A DNA stretch of 64,000 nucleotides, from positions 68,255-132,254 of the forward strand of contig PEZY01000012.1 in assembly GCA_002773855.1 (NCBI GenBank). The letters run 5' to 3'. The translations under genes were made by a program, and so were the position numbers. The notes under the pieces were generated by a model. That model did no database searches. It had not been told where the DNA came from and saw only the letters and a list, made by a program, of their open reading frames with translations. Origin of the DNA: Candidatus Buchananbacteria bacterium CG10_big_fil_rev_8_21_14_0_10_33_19. GTDB taxonomy: Bacteria; Patescibacteriota; Patescibacteriia; 2-01-FULL-39-33. This document shows, one piece after another, positions 29,056-38,938 of this stretch; position 1 is the stretch's first letter, and the number at the start of each line of letters is the position of its first letter.

Positions 29056-29622
29056 ATGTCGACCTACGTCACACACGCTGTAGTCTTAAATAAGGATAAT
29101 TACAAAGACTATGATGTAAAATTTATTGTTTACACCCCAGATTATGGCAAGATAGTAATAATTGCTAAGGGTGCTAAAAAAATAACCTCCAAACTTAATT
29201 CTCATTTGGAGTTTTTTTCTGTGACCAAGGTGATGATCGCCAAAGGGGCGGTTGTTAATCGATTAGCGGGTGCTCAGATAGTCGAAGCTCATAAAAATAT
29301 CGTTCGAGATAATCATAAAACCATTATTGCTTTGTATTTTTTGGAGGTAATAAATTTATTAGTTAAATATGATTTTGAGGATGATTTTATTTTTGAAATT
29401 ATAGTGAAGTTTTTAAGTTCAATTAATATTAATCAAAATAGACAAGAGGATTTACTCTTATTAAATAAAAGTTTGTTTGAATTATTAGATCATTTGGGCT
29501 ATCGTCCAGAAATAAAATCCAATAAACAGAAAGGGTTAATAGCTCAGTTTAATAAAGTTATTATGGAAATATCGGATAAAGAGGTAAAAAGTTATGATAT
29601 GTTGTCTAAATTGTTTGATTAG
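29056..29622 (+). CDS. recO: DNA repair protein RecO
   Basis: AVVLNK..YKDYD..YTPDYGKI..IAKGAKKI.SKL..HLEFF; LGYRPE. Confidence 0.88.
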   Translation: MSTYVTHAVVLNKDNYKDYDVKFIVYTPDYGKIVIIAKGAKKITSKLNSHLEFFSVTKVMIAKGAVVNRLAGAQIVEAHKNIVRDNHKTIIALYFLEVINLLVKYDFEDDFIFEIIVKFLSSININQNRQEDLLLLNKSLFELLDHLGYRPEIKSNKQKGLIAQFNKVIMEISDKEVKSYDMLSKLFD

Positions 29623-29672
29623 CAAAAATAAAACTACTCTTGATGAGTAGTTAAAATATTTTTGTATTTTTA

Positions 29673-30344
29673 TTATTTACGGCCGTAATCCTGATAGCTA
29701 GTGCTAATTAGGAAATTACCTCCAAACGTATCGGTTACGGTAATGAGAATATTTTCATCATTGTTGGCGGCATTATAGCAATCACCAATAGCGCTTTCTG
29801 AAAAATCTCCAAAGCCATATTCTGTACAAAATTCTTCAATTATAGTTTTAAGCTGTTCCATAGAACAGCTACCATTAGAATTTAATTGAAAGTTTTCAGT
29901 ATTATAACTGCTTAAAGCCGTTTGTTCGGCATTGTGTTGAAGAACATATAAATCATTTCCATCGTATTTTGGCATGGAAATTGACTCGGTTGACGACTTG
30001 AGTTTATTGGCAATAAAAACTTCCAAACTTTGATGTACCGGTAGTAGATTGGTTAAATATTCTTCAACAGTCTTGGCTTGTTCATCAGTTAATTCATGAA
30101 ACATTAAAGCTATACCGGTAATTTCATTTAAATCACAAATTGGTTTTGGTCGATTGAAAGAATTATCCAATATGTCAAAAGCATGAATAGCCACACCAGT
30201 GCCATAGCCGCGCTCTTTTCGGAGTTTGAGAAGTGACAATAGTGTTCGGATAACTCGATATATTCTAGTATTATGTAAATTTTTACAACCACTTTCCATA
30301 CTATCTTTTAAGTGTTGGATAATATCAAATTTAGTTTCTGTCAT
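29673..30344 (-). CDS. Hypothetical protein (orphan cassette 3, gene 2)
   Basis: 223-aa ORF with GGAG SD, overlapping the upstream gene; C-terminus resembles 30331..30753. Confidence 0.7.
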   Translation of the reverse strand: MTETKFDIIQHLKDSMESGCKNLHNTRIYRVIRTLLSLLKLRKERGYGTGVAIHAFDILDNSFNRPKPICDLNEITGIALMFHELTDEQAKTVEEYLTNLLPVHQSLEVFIANKLKSSTESISMPKYDGNDLYVLQHNAEQTALSSYNTENFQLNSNGSCSMEQLKTIIEEFCTEYGFGDFSESAIGDCYNAANNDENILITVTDTFGGNFLISTSYQDYGRK

Positions 30345-30753
30345 GATTATTGTCTCCGTTGTTTTGTTTTTTTATTAACAAATCCAAAAGACTAAATGGT
30401 TGATAAGAGATACTAATCCAGGTATTAAACGTGTCACTAGAATTTGATTGAGAAATAGTGATCAGCATGGTCTGTCCGAATTTCTCACTTTTGTAACCAG
30501 ATGTGGTTTGGATAAAAGTTTCAAAACCTTTTAGCCAACAAAATCTTTTGATGATTAGTAGGATGGCTTCTAGGTCAATGAATTCAGCGCACCTTATTTC
30601 GAAGCTTTCTTTCCGATCATCACATCGTAGATTTGGTGTGGTCTCCTTTACTTTAAATAATTGGGTGACTATAAATTCTTGTAGTGTTAAGCTTTGAATA
30701 TTATTAAAAACTGTTTCGACAATTGTGTCAGAAACATGTTTCATACAAGACAC
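30331..30753 (-). CDS. Hypothetical protein (orphan cassette 3, gene 1)
   Basis: GTG start after TAAGGAG SD; promoter TTGACA (30836-30831) with TG-TAATTT. Confidence 0.7.
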   Translation of the reverse strand: MSCMKHVSDTIVETVFNNIQSLTLQEFIVTQLFKVKETTPNLRCDDRKESFEIRCAEFIDLEAILLIIKRFCWLKGFETFIQTTSGYKSEKFGQTMLITISQSNSSDTFNTWISISYQPFSLLDLLIKKQNNGDNNHDRN

Positions 30754-30838
30754 TAATTAATCTCCTTAGTTGGTAAAAAGAACATAAACCGTCAATGGTT
30801 AGTCATTAAATTATCATAAAATTGATAAAATGTCAAGG

Positions 30839-30867
30839 TTGACGTAATATGGATATTTACCTATAAT
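30839..30867 (+). promoter_or_regulatory. sigma70 promoter of the aspS leader
   Basis: TTGACG-17 bp-TATAAT. Confidence 0.75.
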
Positions 30868-30879
30868 TAATTTATAAAA

Positions 30880-31083
30880 CCTATTAAAACCGTTGTCAGC
30901 CTGTCTGATAAAGCTTTATTAACACTAGAGCGAGGTATGAGAAGAACGTCTTTGGACTATTAGACCTCATCGGGTAAGCCCGTTATAGCAGGCATTAAGA
31001 CAGGTTGCTTACTACAGCCTTAAACTCAAGATGGTACCGCCTGCAAGGGCTCTTGAAACCATGCTTGGGTTTTTATTTTTCAA
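30880..31083 (+). promoter_or_regulatory. T-box riboswitch upstream of aspS
   Basis: Antiterminator CAAGA-[TGGTACC 31032-31038]-GCC..GGC-TCTTG with canonical 7-nt bulge; GCCCGTTA stem IIA/B-like motif; candidate Asp specifier GAC; downstream gene is an aaRS. Confidence 0.75.
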
Positions 31084-31098
31084 ATTAATTTTAAATAT

Positions 31099-32880
31099 AT
31101 GTTACGAACACATACTTGCGGTGAATTAACTAAAAGTGATGAGGGTAAAGAAGTTACTCTAGCTGGTTGGGTGCACAGTCGACGTGATCATGGCGGTATT
31201 ATTTTTATTGATTTACGTGATCGTTATGGTTTAACTCAGGTGACTTTTGATCCAGAAACTAGTAAAGAATCTACAGTCATAGCCGATCAGGTCAGAAGTG
31301 AATGGGTGATACAGGTGACTGGTAAAGTAATGATTAGACCAGATAAAATGATCAATGATAAAATTCCGACTGGTAGTATTGAAATTGATGCTAAAAGTGT
31401 TAAGATTTTAAATAAATCAAAAACTCCGCCATTTGAAATTAATGAAGAAAAAGGTTCTGAAGCTGGTGAAAATATTCGTTTAAAATATCGATTTATTGAT
31501 TTACGACGACCAAAGTTACAAGAGATGTTAAAGGTTAGAGATGAATTAATTATTCATATTAGAAATTATTTTCATGAGAAAAATTTTCGGGAGGTTCAAA
31601 CGCCAATTTTAGCAAACTCTTCACCAGAAGGAGCTCGTGACTGGCTGGTACCATCTCGGCTTTATCCTGGTAAATTTTACGCCCTACCTCAAGCGCCACA
31701 ACAGTTCAAGCAATTGTTAATGGTGGCTGGTGTTGATAGATATTTTCAAATTGCACCATGTTTTCGTGATGAAGATCCAAGGAGCGATAGACACTTTGGC
31801 GAATTCTATCAATTAGATATGGAAATGAGCTTTGTGGAGCAGGATGATATTTTTCAGGTAATGGAACCATTAATGATAGAATTAACCGAAAAATTTAGTC
31901 ATAAGAAAATTGTTAATCTAGCTGATAATGGTCGTTTCATTCAAATACCTTGGGCTGAGTCCATGAATAGGTTTGGTACTGATAAGCCAGATTTGAGGTT
32001 TGCTATGGAATTAAAATCTATTACTGATATAGTAACTGCGAGTGGTTTTAGTGTTTTTGATGAGGCAGTAAAAAAGGGTGGTGTAGTTAATGCCTTGAAA
32101 GTTGATGGTGGGGCTAAGTTTTCTAGAAAAGAGATTGATGACTTAACCGAAATTGCTAAGACTTACAGAGCCAAGGGTTTGGCATATATTATTATGGCTG
32201 AAGACGGTCCTAAATCACCAATTTTAAAATTTTTAACTGAAGAAAAAATTGCGGAGATTATAAAACACGTAGAAGCTAAGACTGGCGATATTATTTTCTT
32301 TTCAGCTGATAAATGGTTAGTTGCCTGCCAGTCATTAGGTGCAGTAAGAGATAAGTGTGGTGAAAAGCTAGGCTTAAAAGATAATAATTTAGCGGCTTGG
32401 GCTTGGATTACTGATTTCCCAATGTATCATGAAGAGGACGGCAAAATAGATTTTGCTCATAATCCATTTTCTATGCCTCAAGGCGGATTAGAATCTTTGG
32501 AAGCCAAAGACCCATTAGATATTTTAGCTTATCAATATGACTTTGTATTAAACGGTTTTGAATTAACTTCTGGGGCAATTCGTAATCATAGTCCAGAAAT
32601 CATGTATAAAGCTTTTGCTATTGCTGGTTATTCTAAGGAGCAAGTAGAGGCTAAATTTGGCCATATGCTTAAAGCTTTTGAATATGGAGCTCCGCCTCAT
32701 GGTGGTAATGCCCCAGGTATCGATAGGTTGTTAATGGTGCTAAATGATTGGGATTCCATTAGGGATATTTATGCCTTCCCTAAAGACGGCCAGGGTCGTG
32801 ATGCGATGCTTGATGCTCCAAGTGAGGTTGAACTAAAACAATTGGACGAATTACATCTTAAAATTGTCAAAGAAGATTAA
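31099..32880 (+). CDS. aspS: Aspartate-tRNA ligase
   Basis: RTHTCGEL, RRDHGG, LPQAPQQFKQLLM, CFRDEDPR, GAPPHGG. Confidence 0.98.
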   Translation: MLRTHTCGELTKSDEGKEVTLAGWVHSRRDHGGIIFIDLRDRYGLTQVTFDPETSKESTVIADQVRSEWVIQVTGKVMIRPDKMINDKIPTGSIEIDAKSVKILNKSKTPPFEINEEKGSEAGENIRLKYRFIDLRRPKLQEMLKVRDELIIHIRNYFHEKNFREVQTPILANSSPEGARDWLVPSRLYPGKFYALPQAPQQFKQLLMVAGVDRYFQIAPCFRDEDPRSDRHFGEFYQLDMEMSFVEQDDIFQVMEPLMIELTEKFSHKKIVNLADNGRFIQIPWAESMNRFGTDKPDLRFAMELKSITDIVTASGFSVFDEAVKKGGVVNALKVDGGAKFSRKEIDDLTEIAKTYRAKGLAYIIMAEDGPKSPILKFLTEEKIAEIIKHVEAKTGDIIFFSADKWLVACQSLGAVRDKCGEKLGLKDNNLAAWAWITDFPMYHEEDGKIDFAHNPFSMPQGGLESLEAKDPLDILAYQYDFVLNGFELTSGAIRNHSPEIMYKAFAIAGYSKEQVEAKFGHMLKAFEYGAPPHGGNAPGIDRLLMVLNDWDSIRDIYAFPKDGQGRDAMLDAPSEVELKQLDELHLKIVKED

Positions 32881-33025
32881 GTATACATAATATAGAACTT
32901 GCAACGCATAGCATTTGTAGAATTGCTATGCGTTTTGTATTTTGATCTATATTTTGGTATAATATAAGCATTAAAATTAATAATTGCCTATTAAAATAGG
33001 CGTATAATTAAAATATTTAAAAAAT

Positions 33026-33946
33026 ATGGAAAACCAAGACAAATATCATGGTAAAGGAGCGTTGGATGCTTTTTTAAACCTTTTTAGTTTAATTACATTG
33101 GGTTGGATGTCAATTTCGATTGGCATGATTTTATTTCAAATTATTGATAAATTTTTTAGTTCAGAAAAGGTTTATATTTACAATAGTTTTTCTCAATCTG
33201 GATTAAAGTTTGGTTTGGCTTCGTCTTTGATTGTAGTGCCAATATTTTTGGTTATTATTGCCTTACTACACAAACATTATAAAAATAATGTTTTAAATCA
33301 TCAAAGTGGTGTTTATCGTTGGTTAACTTATTTAGTTTTGTTAGTAGCGGCTTTAAATATAATTGGCAGATTAATTCAATTGATTTATCAATTTCTTGAT
33401 GGTAATTATACTTTAGCTTCAGTTTTGAAAATTTTAGTTGTGCTTTTAATTGCTAGCGGTATTTTTGGCTACTATTGGTACGATTTAAAAAGAACAGATT
33501 ACAGTAGTCAAAGTTTGGTGTCCAAAATATTTTTTATTGGTATTGTGGTAATTTCATTAGTAACTATTATTGGTGGCTTTATGTTGATTGATTCGCCACA
33601 AACTACTCGAATGAAAAAGCAGGATCAATCTAGAGTAGATGCTTTAAATAATATTAGAAATATTATTATATCTGAATATATGTCGACTAAAGTACTACCA
33701 AGTGATTTATCGGCACCTAAATTTTCTAATCTTGTTGATCCAGTCACTGGTCAGCCATATGAATATCGGGTAATAGGCGAGACAGCTTATGAGTTGTGTG
33801 CAAATTTTGAATTAGCAGTTGATGATTATAATGATAAAAATAGATACATGAACGTCGGTGGTGAAAATTGGGATTTTCATCAGGGTGGTCGACAATGCTA
33901 TGAACAAGAAGTTTCTGGTTATGATAGTAAGATGTTAAATTATTAA
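33026..33946 (+). CDS. Membrane protein, DUF5671-like
   Basis: Five TM segments; RWLTYLVL; DSP...R..QD..R..L; DPVTGQPYEY...YELCANF. Confidence 0.7.
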   Translation: MENQDKYHGKGALDAFLNLFSLITLGWMSISIGMILFQIIDKFFSSEKVYIYNSFSQSGLKFGLASSLIVVPIFLVIIALLHKHYKNNVLNHQSGVYRWLTYLVLLVAALNIIGRLIQLIYQFLDGNYTLASVLKILVVLLIASGIFGYYWYDLKRTDYSSQSLVSKIFFIGIVVISLVTIIGGFMLIDSPQTTRMKKQDQSRVDALNNIRNIIISEYMSTKVLPSDLSAPKFSNLVDPVTGQPYEYRVIGETAYELCANFELAVDDYNDKNRYMNVGGENWDFHQGGRQCYEQEVSGYDSKMLNY

Positions 33947-33975
33947 GCTTAAGTAATTATATAAACTATAAAATT

Positions 33976-34725
33976 ATGATTGAATTTTCAAACTTGAAGA
34001 AGTTTTTCATCTTCATTCTTATTGGTTCATTGGTAGTGGCTGCGGCTGTAGCTATTATCACGGTATTAATTGGGCAGTTTAATGAGGCTACGGCCAGAGT
34101 ATTTGCGACACTAGCTATGGCAGTAATTCATTCTTTGATTAGCTTAGCGTTTATTTGGGATGATACTAAACATGATACATTTGATAGGTTGTCATTCTTT
34201 ATTAATACAATATTTATCATTATAATAATCAGTTTTGTCGCATCGTTATTTAGTATTTGGGAGATAATTTCTTTAGATACGACTGGTCATTTATATCAAA
34301 CATTATTTATCTTAGGCTTTGCGGCTTTGCATTTAGATATATTGTCTAAGGCTTTAAATATTGAAAAATATATAAATATTATTGTTTTTGTTAATTATTT
34401 GTTTATTGCTATTGTCGTTTTAATGCTACAACCTATAGTTTATTTAACAGATGCCAAAGCAATCTTAGGTGATTTTTATTATCGGTTATTGGCTGCATCG
34501 GCTATTGTAGATAGCACTCTTAGTATTTTAACCATTATTTTTTACAGACTCTACATTCATCAACACCCAGAGCTTAGAAATATTTTTCAGGGCAGTAATT
34601 CATCTGAAGCTGGTGGTAAACCTAAAAAAGGTTTGAGTGTTTGGGTGTGGATTTTGATAATCTATTTAATTTTACAAGTATTATTACCTCTTTTACAATG
34701 GGCTTTATTTCTTCCGTTTTTTTAA
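33976..34725 (+). CDS. Hypothetical multi-pass membrane protein
   Basis: 249-aa hydrophobic ORF in an operon-like context. Confidence 0.75.
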   Translation: MIEFSNLKKFFIFILIGSLVVAAAVAIITVLIGQFNEATARVFATLAMAVIHSLISLAFIWDDTKHDTFDRLSFFINTIFIIIIISFVASLFSIWEIISLDTTGHLYQTLFILGFAALHLDILSKALNIEKYINIIVFVNYLFIAIVVLMLQPIVYLTDAKAILGDFYYRLLAASAIVDSTLSILTIIFYRLYIHQHPELRNIFQGSNSSEAGGKPKKGLSVWVWILIIYLILQVLLPLLQWALFLPFF

Positions 34726-34747
34726 ATATATAAATAAATAAAACAAT

Positions 34748-35380
34748 ATGCCAATTCCTAAAAAAATAAAAACCTATTTAGATAAACAGAATATTGATTA
34801 TGAAGAAATAGCTCATAAGACTGTTTATACCGCTTATGATGCCGCTTTAACTCTAAAGAAAGAGCTAAAAGAGATTGCTAAGAACTTAATTGTCAAAGCC
34901 GATAATACTTATGCTTTGGTAATCGTACCAGCTGATAAAAGATTGGATTTAAACAAAATTAAAAAAGCTCTTAAAGCTAAAAAAATATCTATTCCTGATG
35001 AAAAAGTAATTGTCAGGGTCTTAAAAATTAAACCCGGAGCAGTATCATCTTTTGGTAAATTACATAAATTAGAAATACTAGTTGATAAAGCTATGACGGG
35101 TACTAAAAAAGCGATTTTTAGTACTGGTAGTTTAAGTGATAGTGTTTTGATAAAAGTGAAGGATTTTATTCAAATGGAAGAGGCTAAAATGGCCGATATT
35201 GCGATGAAGGGTGGTTATAAAATACCAAAAGCTACCAAAAAGAAGATGATAAAAGTTAAAAATAAAGTAGCTTCCAAAAAGAAAGTTTCTATTAAGAAAA
35301 AGCCAGTAGCAAAAAAAGTAAACAAGAAACCAGTTAAAAAAGTAGTCAAGAAAAAAGTGGCTAAAAAGAAGAAAATATAA
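34748..35380 (+). CDS. YbaK/ProXp-type aminoacyl-tRNA deacylase family protein with Lys-rich tail
   Basis: HKTVYTA, IAKNLIV, GAVSSFG; C-terminal KKPVAKK/KKVAKK repeats. Confidence 0.8.
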   Translation: MPIPKKIKTYLDKQNIDYEEIAHKTVYTAYDAALTLKKELKEIAKNLIVKADNTYALVIVPADKRLDLNKIKKALKAKKISIPDEKVIVRVLKIKPGAVSSFGKLHKLEILVDKAMTGTKKAIFSTGSLSDSVLIKVKDFIQMEEAKMADIAMKGGYKIPKATKKKMIKVKNKVASKKKVSIKKKPVAKKVNKKPVKKVVKKKVAKKKKI

Positions 35381-35396
35381 ATAATATTTTAATATT

Positions 35397-35888
35397 ATGT
35401 TATTTGGCTACGTTACCTGGTTATTATCTGCTTCGATACTTGTTTTCATAGTTATCTTTGGGTTTATTAATAGAATATTTATAAGGCCATATAGGATGAA
35501 AAAATTTGCTAATTTGTTAGGCTTATCGTATAAAATAAGTGATAAGCGGTTTGCTCTTTTTGAGTTTAAAAAAAATATTATTAGCGGTAAATATAAGGGC
35601 AAGTACATTGAAATTTATGATTACTATTTAAATGCAGGATCCATGTCACAAAAAAGAACGGTTATTGAAATTAGTGGAGAGGCAATTAATATTTATCGTG
35701 GAATTACGTTTGAATATGTGCCTATTATTTCAGTTAGAACGATAAAAAAAATATTAGATGAATATTTTAATGACGGCGGCGTAAAAACAAGAGGTAAAAT
35801 AAAAAAAGAAATTTATGTGGCATTACTAGTATTAGTGGCTGTATTTTTTGTTTTTATGTGGTATTATCTTACAAGTTTAACTGTTTAA
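35397..35888 (+). CDS. Hypothetical membrane protein
   Basis: N- and C-terminal TM helices. Confidence 0.65.
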   Translation: MLFGYVTWLLSASILVFIVIFGFINRIFIRPYRMKKFANLLGLSYKISDKRFALFEFKKNIISGKYKGKYIEIYDYYLNAGSMSQKRTVIEISGEAINIYRGITFEYVPIISVRTIKKILDEYFNDGGVKTRGKIKKEIYVALLVLVAVFFVFMWYYLTSLTV

Positions 35889-35904
35889 GAAAAAGAAAAG
35901 ATAA

Positions 35905-36603
35905 ATGGATTACAAAATAGATTTAGAAAAATTTCAAGGCCCATTGGATTTGCTTTTGCAACTAATAGAGAAGAAGGAAATGGATATCTCTCAGGTGGCT
36001 TTAGCGGAAGTTACCGATCAATATTTGGCCTATATAGATAGTCACCAAGACATCGGCGCCATTGAGCTAGCTGATTTTTTGGTCATAGCTACTAAATTAT
36101 TAGTAATAAAATCTAAAACTTTATTGCCACAGCTAGTAGACGATGAAGAGGATAGTGCCGAACAGTTAGAGGCCCAACTTAAGATGTATAAGGATTACTT
36201 AGATGCTTCTAAAAATATTGAAAAAATTATTGCTAGTGGCAAATTTTTGTTTGGTCGTGATAAGATTTCGGTTAATATGGAAGCGACCTTTTCACCGCCT
36301 AAATCTTTGGTAGTTGATAATTTAGCAAGTATTTATGCAGAAATTCTGGGACGCATAGACTATGTGGTAAATTTACCACAAAAAGTCATGCAACAAACAG
36401 TAACTTTAAAAGAAAAAGTGAATAATATTCGTGATATAATTTTAAGATTAAAAAAAATTAATTTTCGCGATGTTTTAATTGATGCTAATAATAAAACAGA
36501 TATGGTGGTTAGTTTTATGGCTTTGTTAGAATTAATAAAATCTGGAGAGATTGCCGTAAATCAGGCAGGAGTTTTTGATGATATTCATATTGAAAAAGCC
36601 TAA
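35905..36603 (+). CDS. scpA: Segregation and condensation protein A
   Basis: FQGPLDLLLQLI, IKSKTLLP, FMALLELIK. Confidence 0.95.
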   Translation: MDYKIDLEKFQGPLDLLLQLIEKKEMDISQVALAEVTDQYLAYIDSHQDIGAIELADFLVIATKLLVIKSKTLLPQLVDDEEDSAEQLEAQLKMYKDYLDASKNIEKIIASGKFLFGRDKISVNMEATFSPPKSLVVDNLASIYAEILGRIDYVVNLPQKVMQQTVTLKEKVNNIRDIILRLKKINFRDVLIDANNKTDMVVSFMALLELIKSGEIAVNQAGVFDDIHIEKA

Positions 36604-36625
36604 ATATAAATAACAAGATATAACA

Positions 36626-37228
36626 ATGAACACACAATTAAAAAATAACATTGAAAGTCTGCTGTTTATTTCGCATAAACCGTTATCCATTGGAGATTTG
36701 ACTAAAGTAACTAGTTCCACCGCTGATGAGGTTAAGAGTGTGATTTTAGAAATAGAACAAGAATACCAGACTAAGGCTGGTGGTATTGAAATGATTAGAA
36801 TTGGTGACAAACATCAATTCGTTACTAGCTCTGAATCTAGCGAAGCAGTAAAAAAGTTTATTAAAAGTGAGATTACTGGTGAATTAACCAAACCATCGTT
36901 AGAAACCCTAACTATTATTGCTTATCGTGGACCAATTTCTAAGGCCGAATTGGAATTAATTAGAGGTGTTAATTGTAGTGTTATCTTACGAAACTTATTA
37001 ATGCGTGGTTTGATTGAGGCCAAAGAAGATCCCAAAAAAATGATAGTTTTTTATAGTATCACTTTTGAATTTTTAAAATATTTAGGCTTGTCTAAAATAG
37101 AAGATTTGCCAGATTTTGAAAAATTAAATCGTAGTAATAATTTGGATAAGTTGCTAGCAGGTCCCAGTGGCGAAGCCAAAGAGGCCAATGTCAGTGAAGA
37201 AATCATTGAACAAAAAATAACCGAATAA
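36626..37228 (+). CDS. scpB: Segregation and condensation protein B
   Basis: IESLLF, LETLTIIAYRGPI, IRGVN, FLKYLGL..IEDLP. Confidence 0.95.
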   Translation: MNTQLKNNIESLLFISHKPLSIGDLTKVTSSTADEVKSVILEIEQEYQTKAGGIEMIRIGDKHQFVTSSESSEAVKKFIKSEITGELTKPSLETLTIIAYRGPISKAELELIRGVNCSVILRNLLMRGLIEAKEDPKKMIVFYSITFEFLKYLGLSKIEDLPDFEKLNRSNNLDKLLAGPSGEAKEANVSEEIIEQKITE

Positions 37229-37242
37229 TAATCTTAATTTTC

Positions 37243-38181
37243 ATGTTTGAACTCTTAGTAAATTTAATGTTAACTAGCTTATTTTTGAAATCACAAGCTA
37301 GTAGTCAAATAACTCTTGATAATTTAACTCGCCAAGAATACAGGTTACCACAAGCCGAAGTTAGAAAATTAGAATATTTAGCTCCACAAAAAGATAATGT
37401 TAGCGAAAGTTTAGGTGTTGATGTTTCGGCTCAAAGTGTTTTAGTTATCGATAATAAAACCAACAAGGTTCTATATGAAAAAAAATCTAGAGACGTAAGG
37501 TCAATTGCTAGCATCACTAAATTAATGACAGCTTTGGTTTTTTTGGATTACAATCCCGGTTGGGATAGTCAAATAACTATAGATGAGTCAGATTATCGAG
37601 ATGGTGGTATAATATATTTAATTAATGGAGAGGTGATTAGTGTGGATGATGTTTTTCATGCCTCACTTATTTCATCATCTAATGAAGCCACTGTCGCTTT
37701 AGCTAGATCTACTGGTTTAAGTTTGGATGAGTTTGTTCAAAAAATGAACGAAAAAGCTAAATCACTGGGCATGAACAGTACAATATTTACCGACGTAACT
37801 GGGTTGGATAATAGTAATAAATCAACAGCGACTGATATAGTTATTTTATCAAAAGTAGCTTTTGCTAATAAATATATTAAAAATGTTACAAGTACCGAAT
37901 CATATACTATCACGGTTATAAATAATGGTGTTACTAGAAATATTAAAAGTACAGATAAAATATTAAATCAAGAATTTGGCTTGGGCGATCAAAAATACAG
38001 AGTGGAAAATGGAAAAACTGGTTATTTGGAGATGGCGGGGTATTGCTTTACTAGTCAGGTCAGTGATGGCAGTGATCGTAAGATATCAGTAGTGGTTTTG
38101 GGTAGCTCGACCATTAATAGTCGCTTTGCTGATACTAAGAGCTTATCTTATTGGGTGTTCAATAATTATAACTGGCAATAA
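37243..38181 (+). CDS. Peptidase S11 D-Ala-D-Ala carboxy/endopeptidase
   Basis: IASITKLMT (SxxK), SSN, KTG motifs. Confidence 0.92.
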   Translation: MFELLVNLMLTSLFLKSQASSQITLDNLTRQEYRLPQAEVRKLEYLAPQKDNVSESLGVDVSAQSVLVIDNKTNKVLYEKKSRDVRSIASITKLMTALVFLDYNPGWDSQITIDESDYRDGGIIYLINGEVISVDDVFHASLISSSNEATVALARSTGLSLDEFVQKMNEKAKSLGMNSTIFTDVTGLDNSNKSTATDIVILSKVAFANKYIKNVTSTESYTITVINNGVTRNIKSTDKILNQEFGLGDQKYRVENGKTGYLEMAGYCFTSQVSDGSDRKISVVVLGSSTINSRFADTKSLSYWVFNNYNWQ

Positions 38182-38182
38182 A

Positions 38183-38938
38183 ATGAAAAAACCAATTGTT
38201 ATAGCTAATTGGAAGATGAAATTATCTGCTAAGCAGTCTAGCTTTTTAGCGAAAGATTTTAAAAAATCTTTAAAAAATTTTAAAGATCAGGATATTGTGG
38301 TGTGTCCATCAGATATTTCTTTGACAGATGTTGGCAGTATTTTAAAAAAAAGTAATATCAAGTTGGGGGCTCAAAATATGTTTTGGGAAGAGTTTGGTGC
38401 TTACACCGGAGAATCTTCATCAGCAGTTTTAAAAGAAGTGGGTTGTGATTATGTAATTTTGGGTCATAGTGAAAGACGGCAGTATTTGGGTGAGACTAAT
38501 GATATGGTAAATAAAAAGATTGACAGAGCTTTGGACAGTAATTTGGTGCCAATTATTTGTATTGGAGAGACTAAAGATGAAAGACATGACGGTTTAACTG
38601 ATAATGTTTTATATCATCAATTGAAAGAGTGTCTGAATAGTGTTCATTTGATTGTCGGTGAGAAGATTATTGTGGCTTATGAGCCGGTTTGGGCTATTGG
38701 CTCTGGTGATGTTGTAGATGCTGATGAAGCAGAAAGAGTTTTTGAACTAATAAATCAAGTATTAATAGATATTTATCCATTGACAATTGTAAGAAATAAT
38801 GTCAGGATGATTTACGGTGGTGGCATTGATTCCAGTAATATTTCCAGTTTCTCTGATATTAAATTACTAGATGGATTTTTAGTGGGAGGTGCCAGTTTGG
38901 ATACTAATAAATTCAAAGATATTATTACAGCTTTATGA
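38183..38938 (+). CDS. tpiA: Triosephosphate isomerase
   Basis: ATG 38183; ANWKM, GHSERR, AYEPVWAIG, LVGGASL. Confidence 0.97.
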   Translation: MKKPIVIANWKMKLSAKQSSFLAKDFKKSLKNFKDQDIVVCPSDISLTDVGSILKKSNIKLGAQNMFWEEFGAYTGESSSAVLKEVGCDYVILGHSERRQYLGETNDMVNKKIDRALDSNLVPIICIGETKDERHDGLTDNVLYHQLKECLNSVHLIVGEKIIVAYEPVWAIGSGDVVDADEAERVFELINQVLIDIYPLTIVRNNVRMIYGGGIDSSNISSFSDIKLLDGFLVGGASLDTNKFKDIITAL

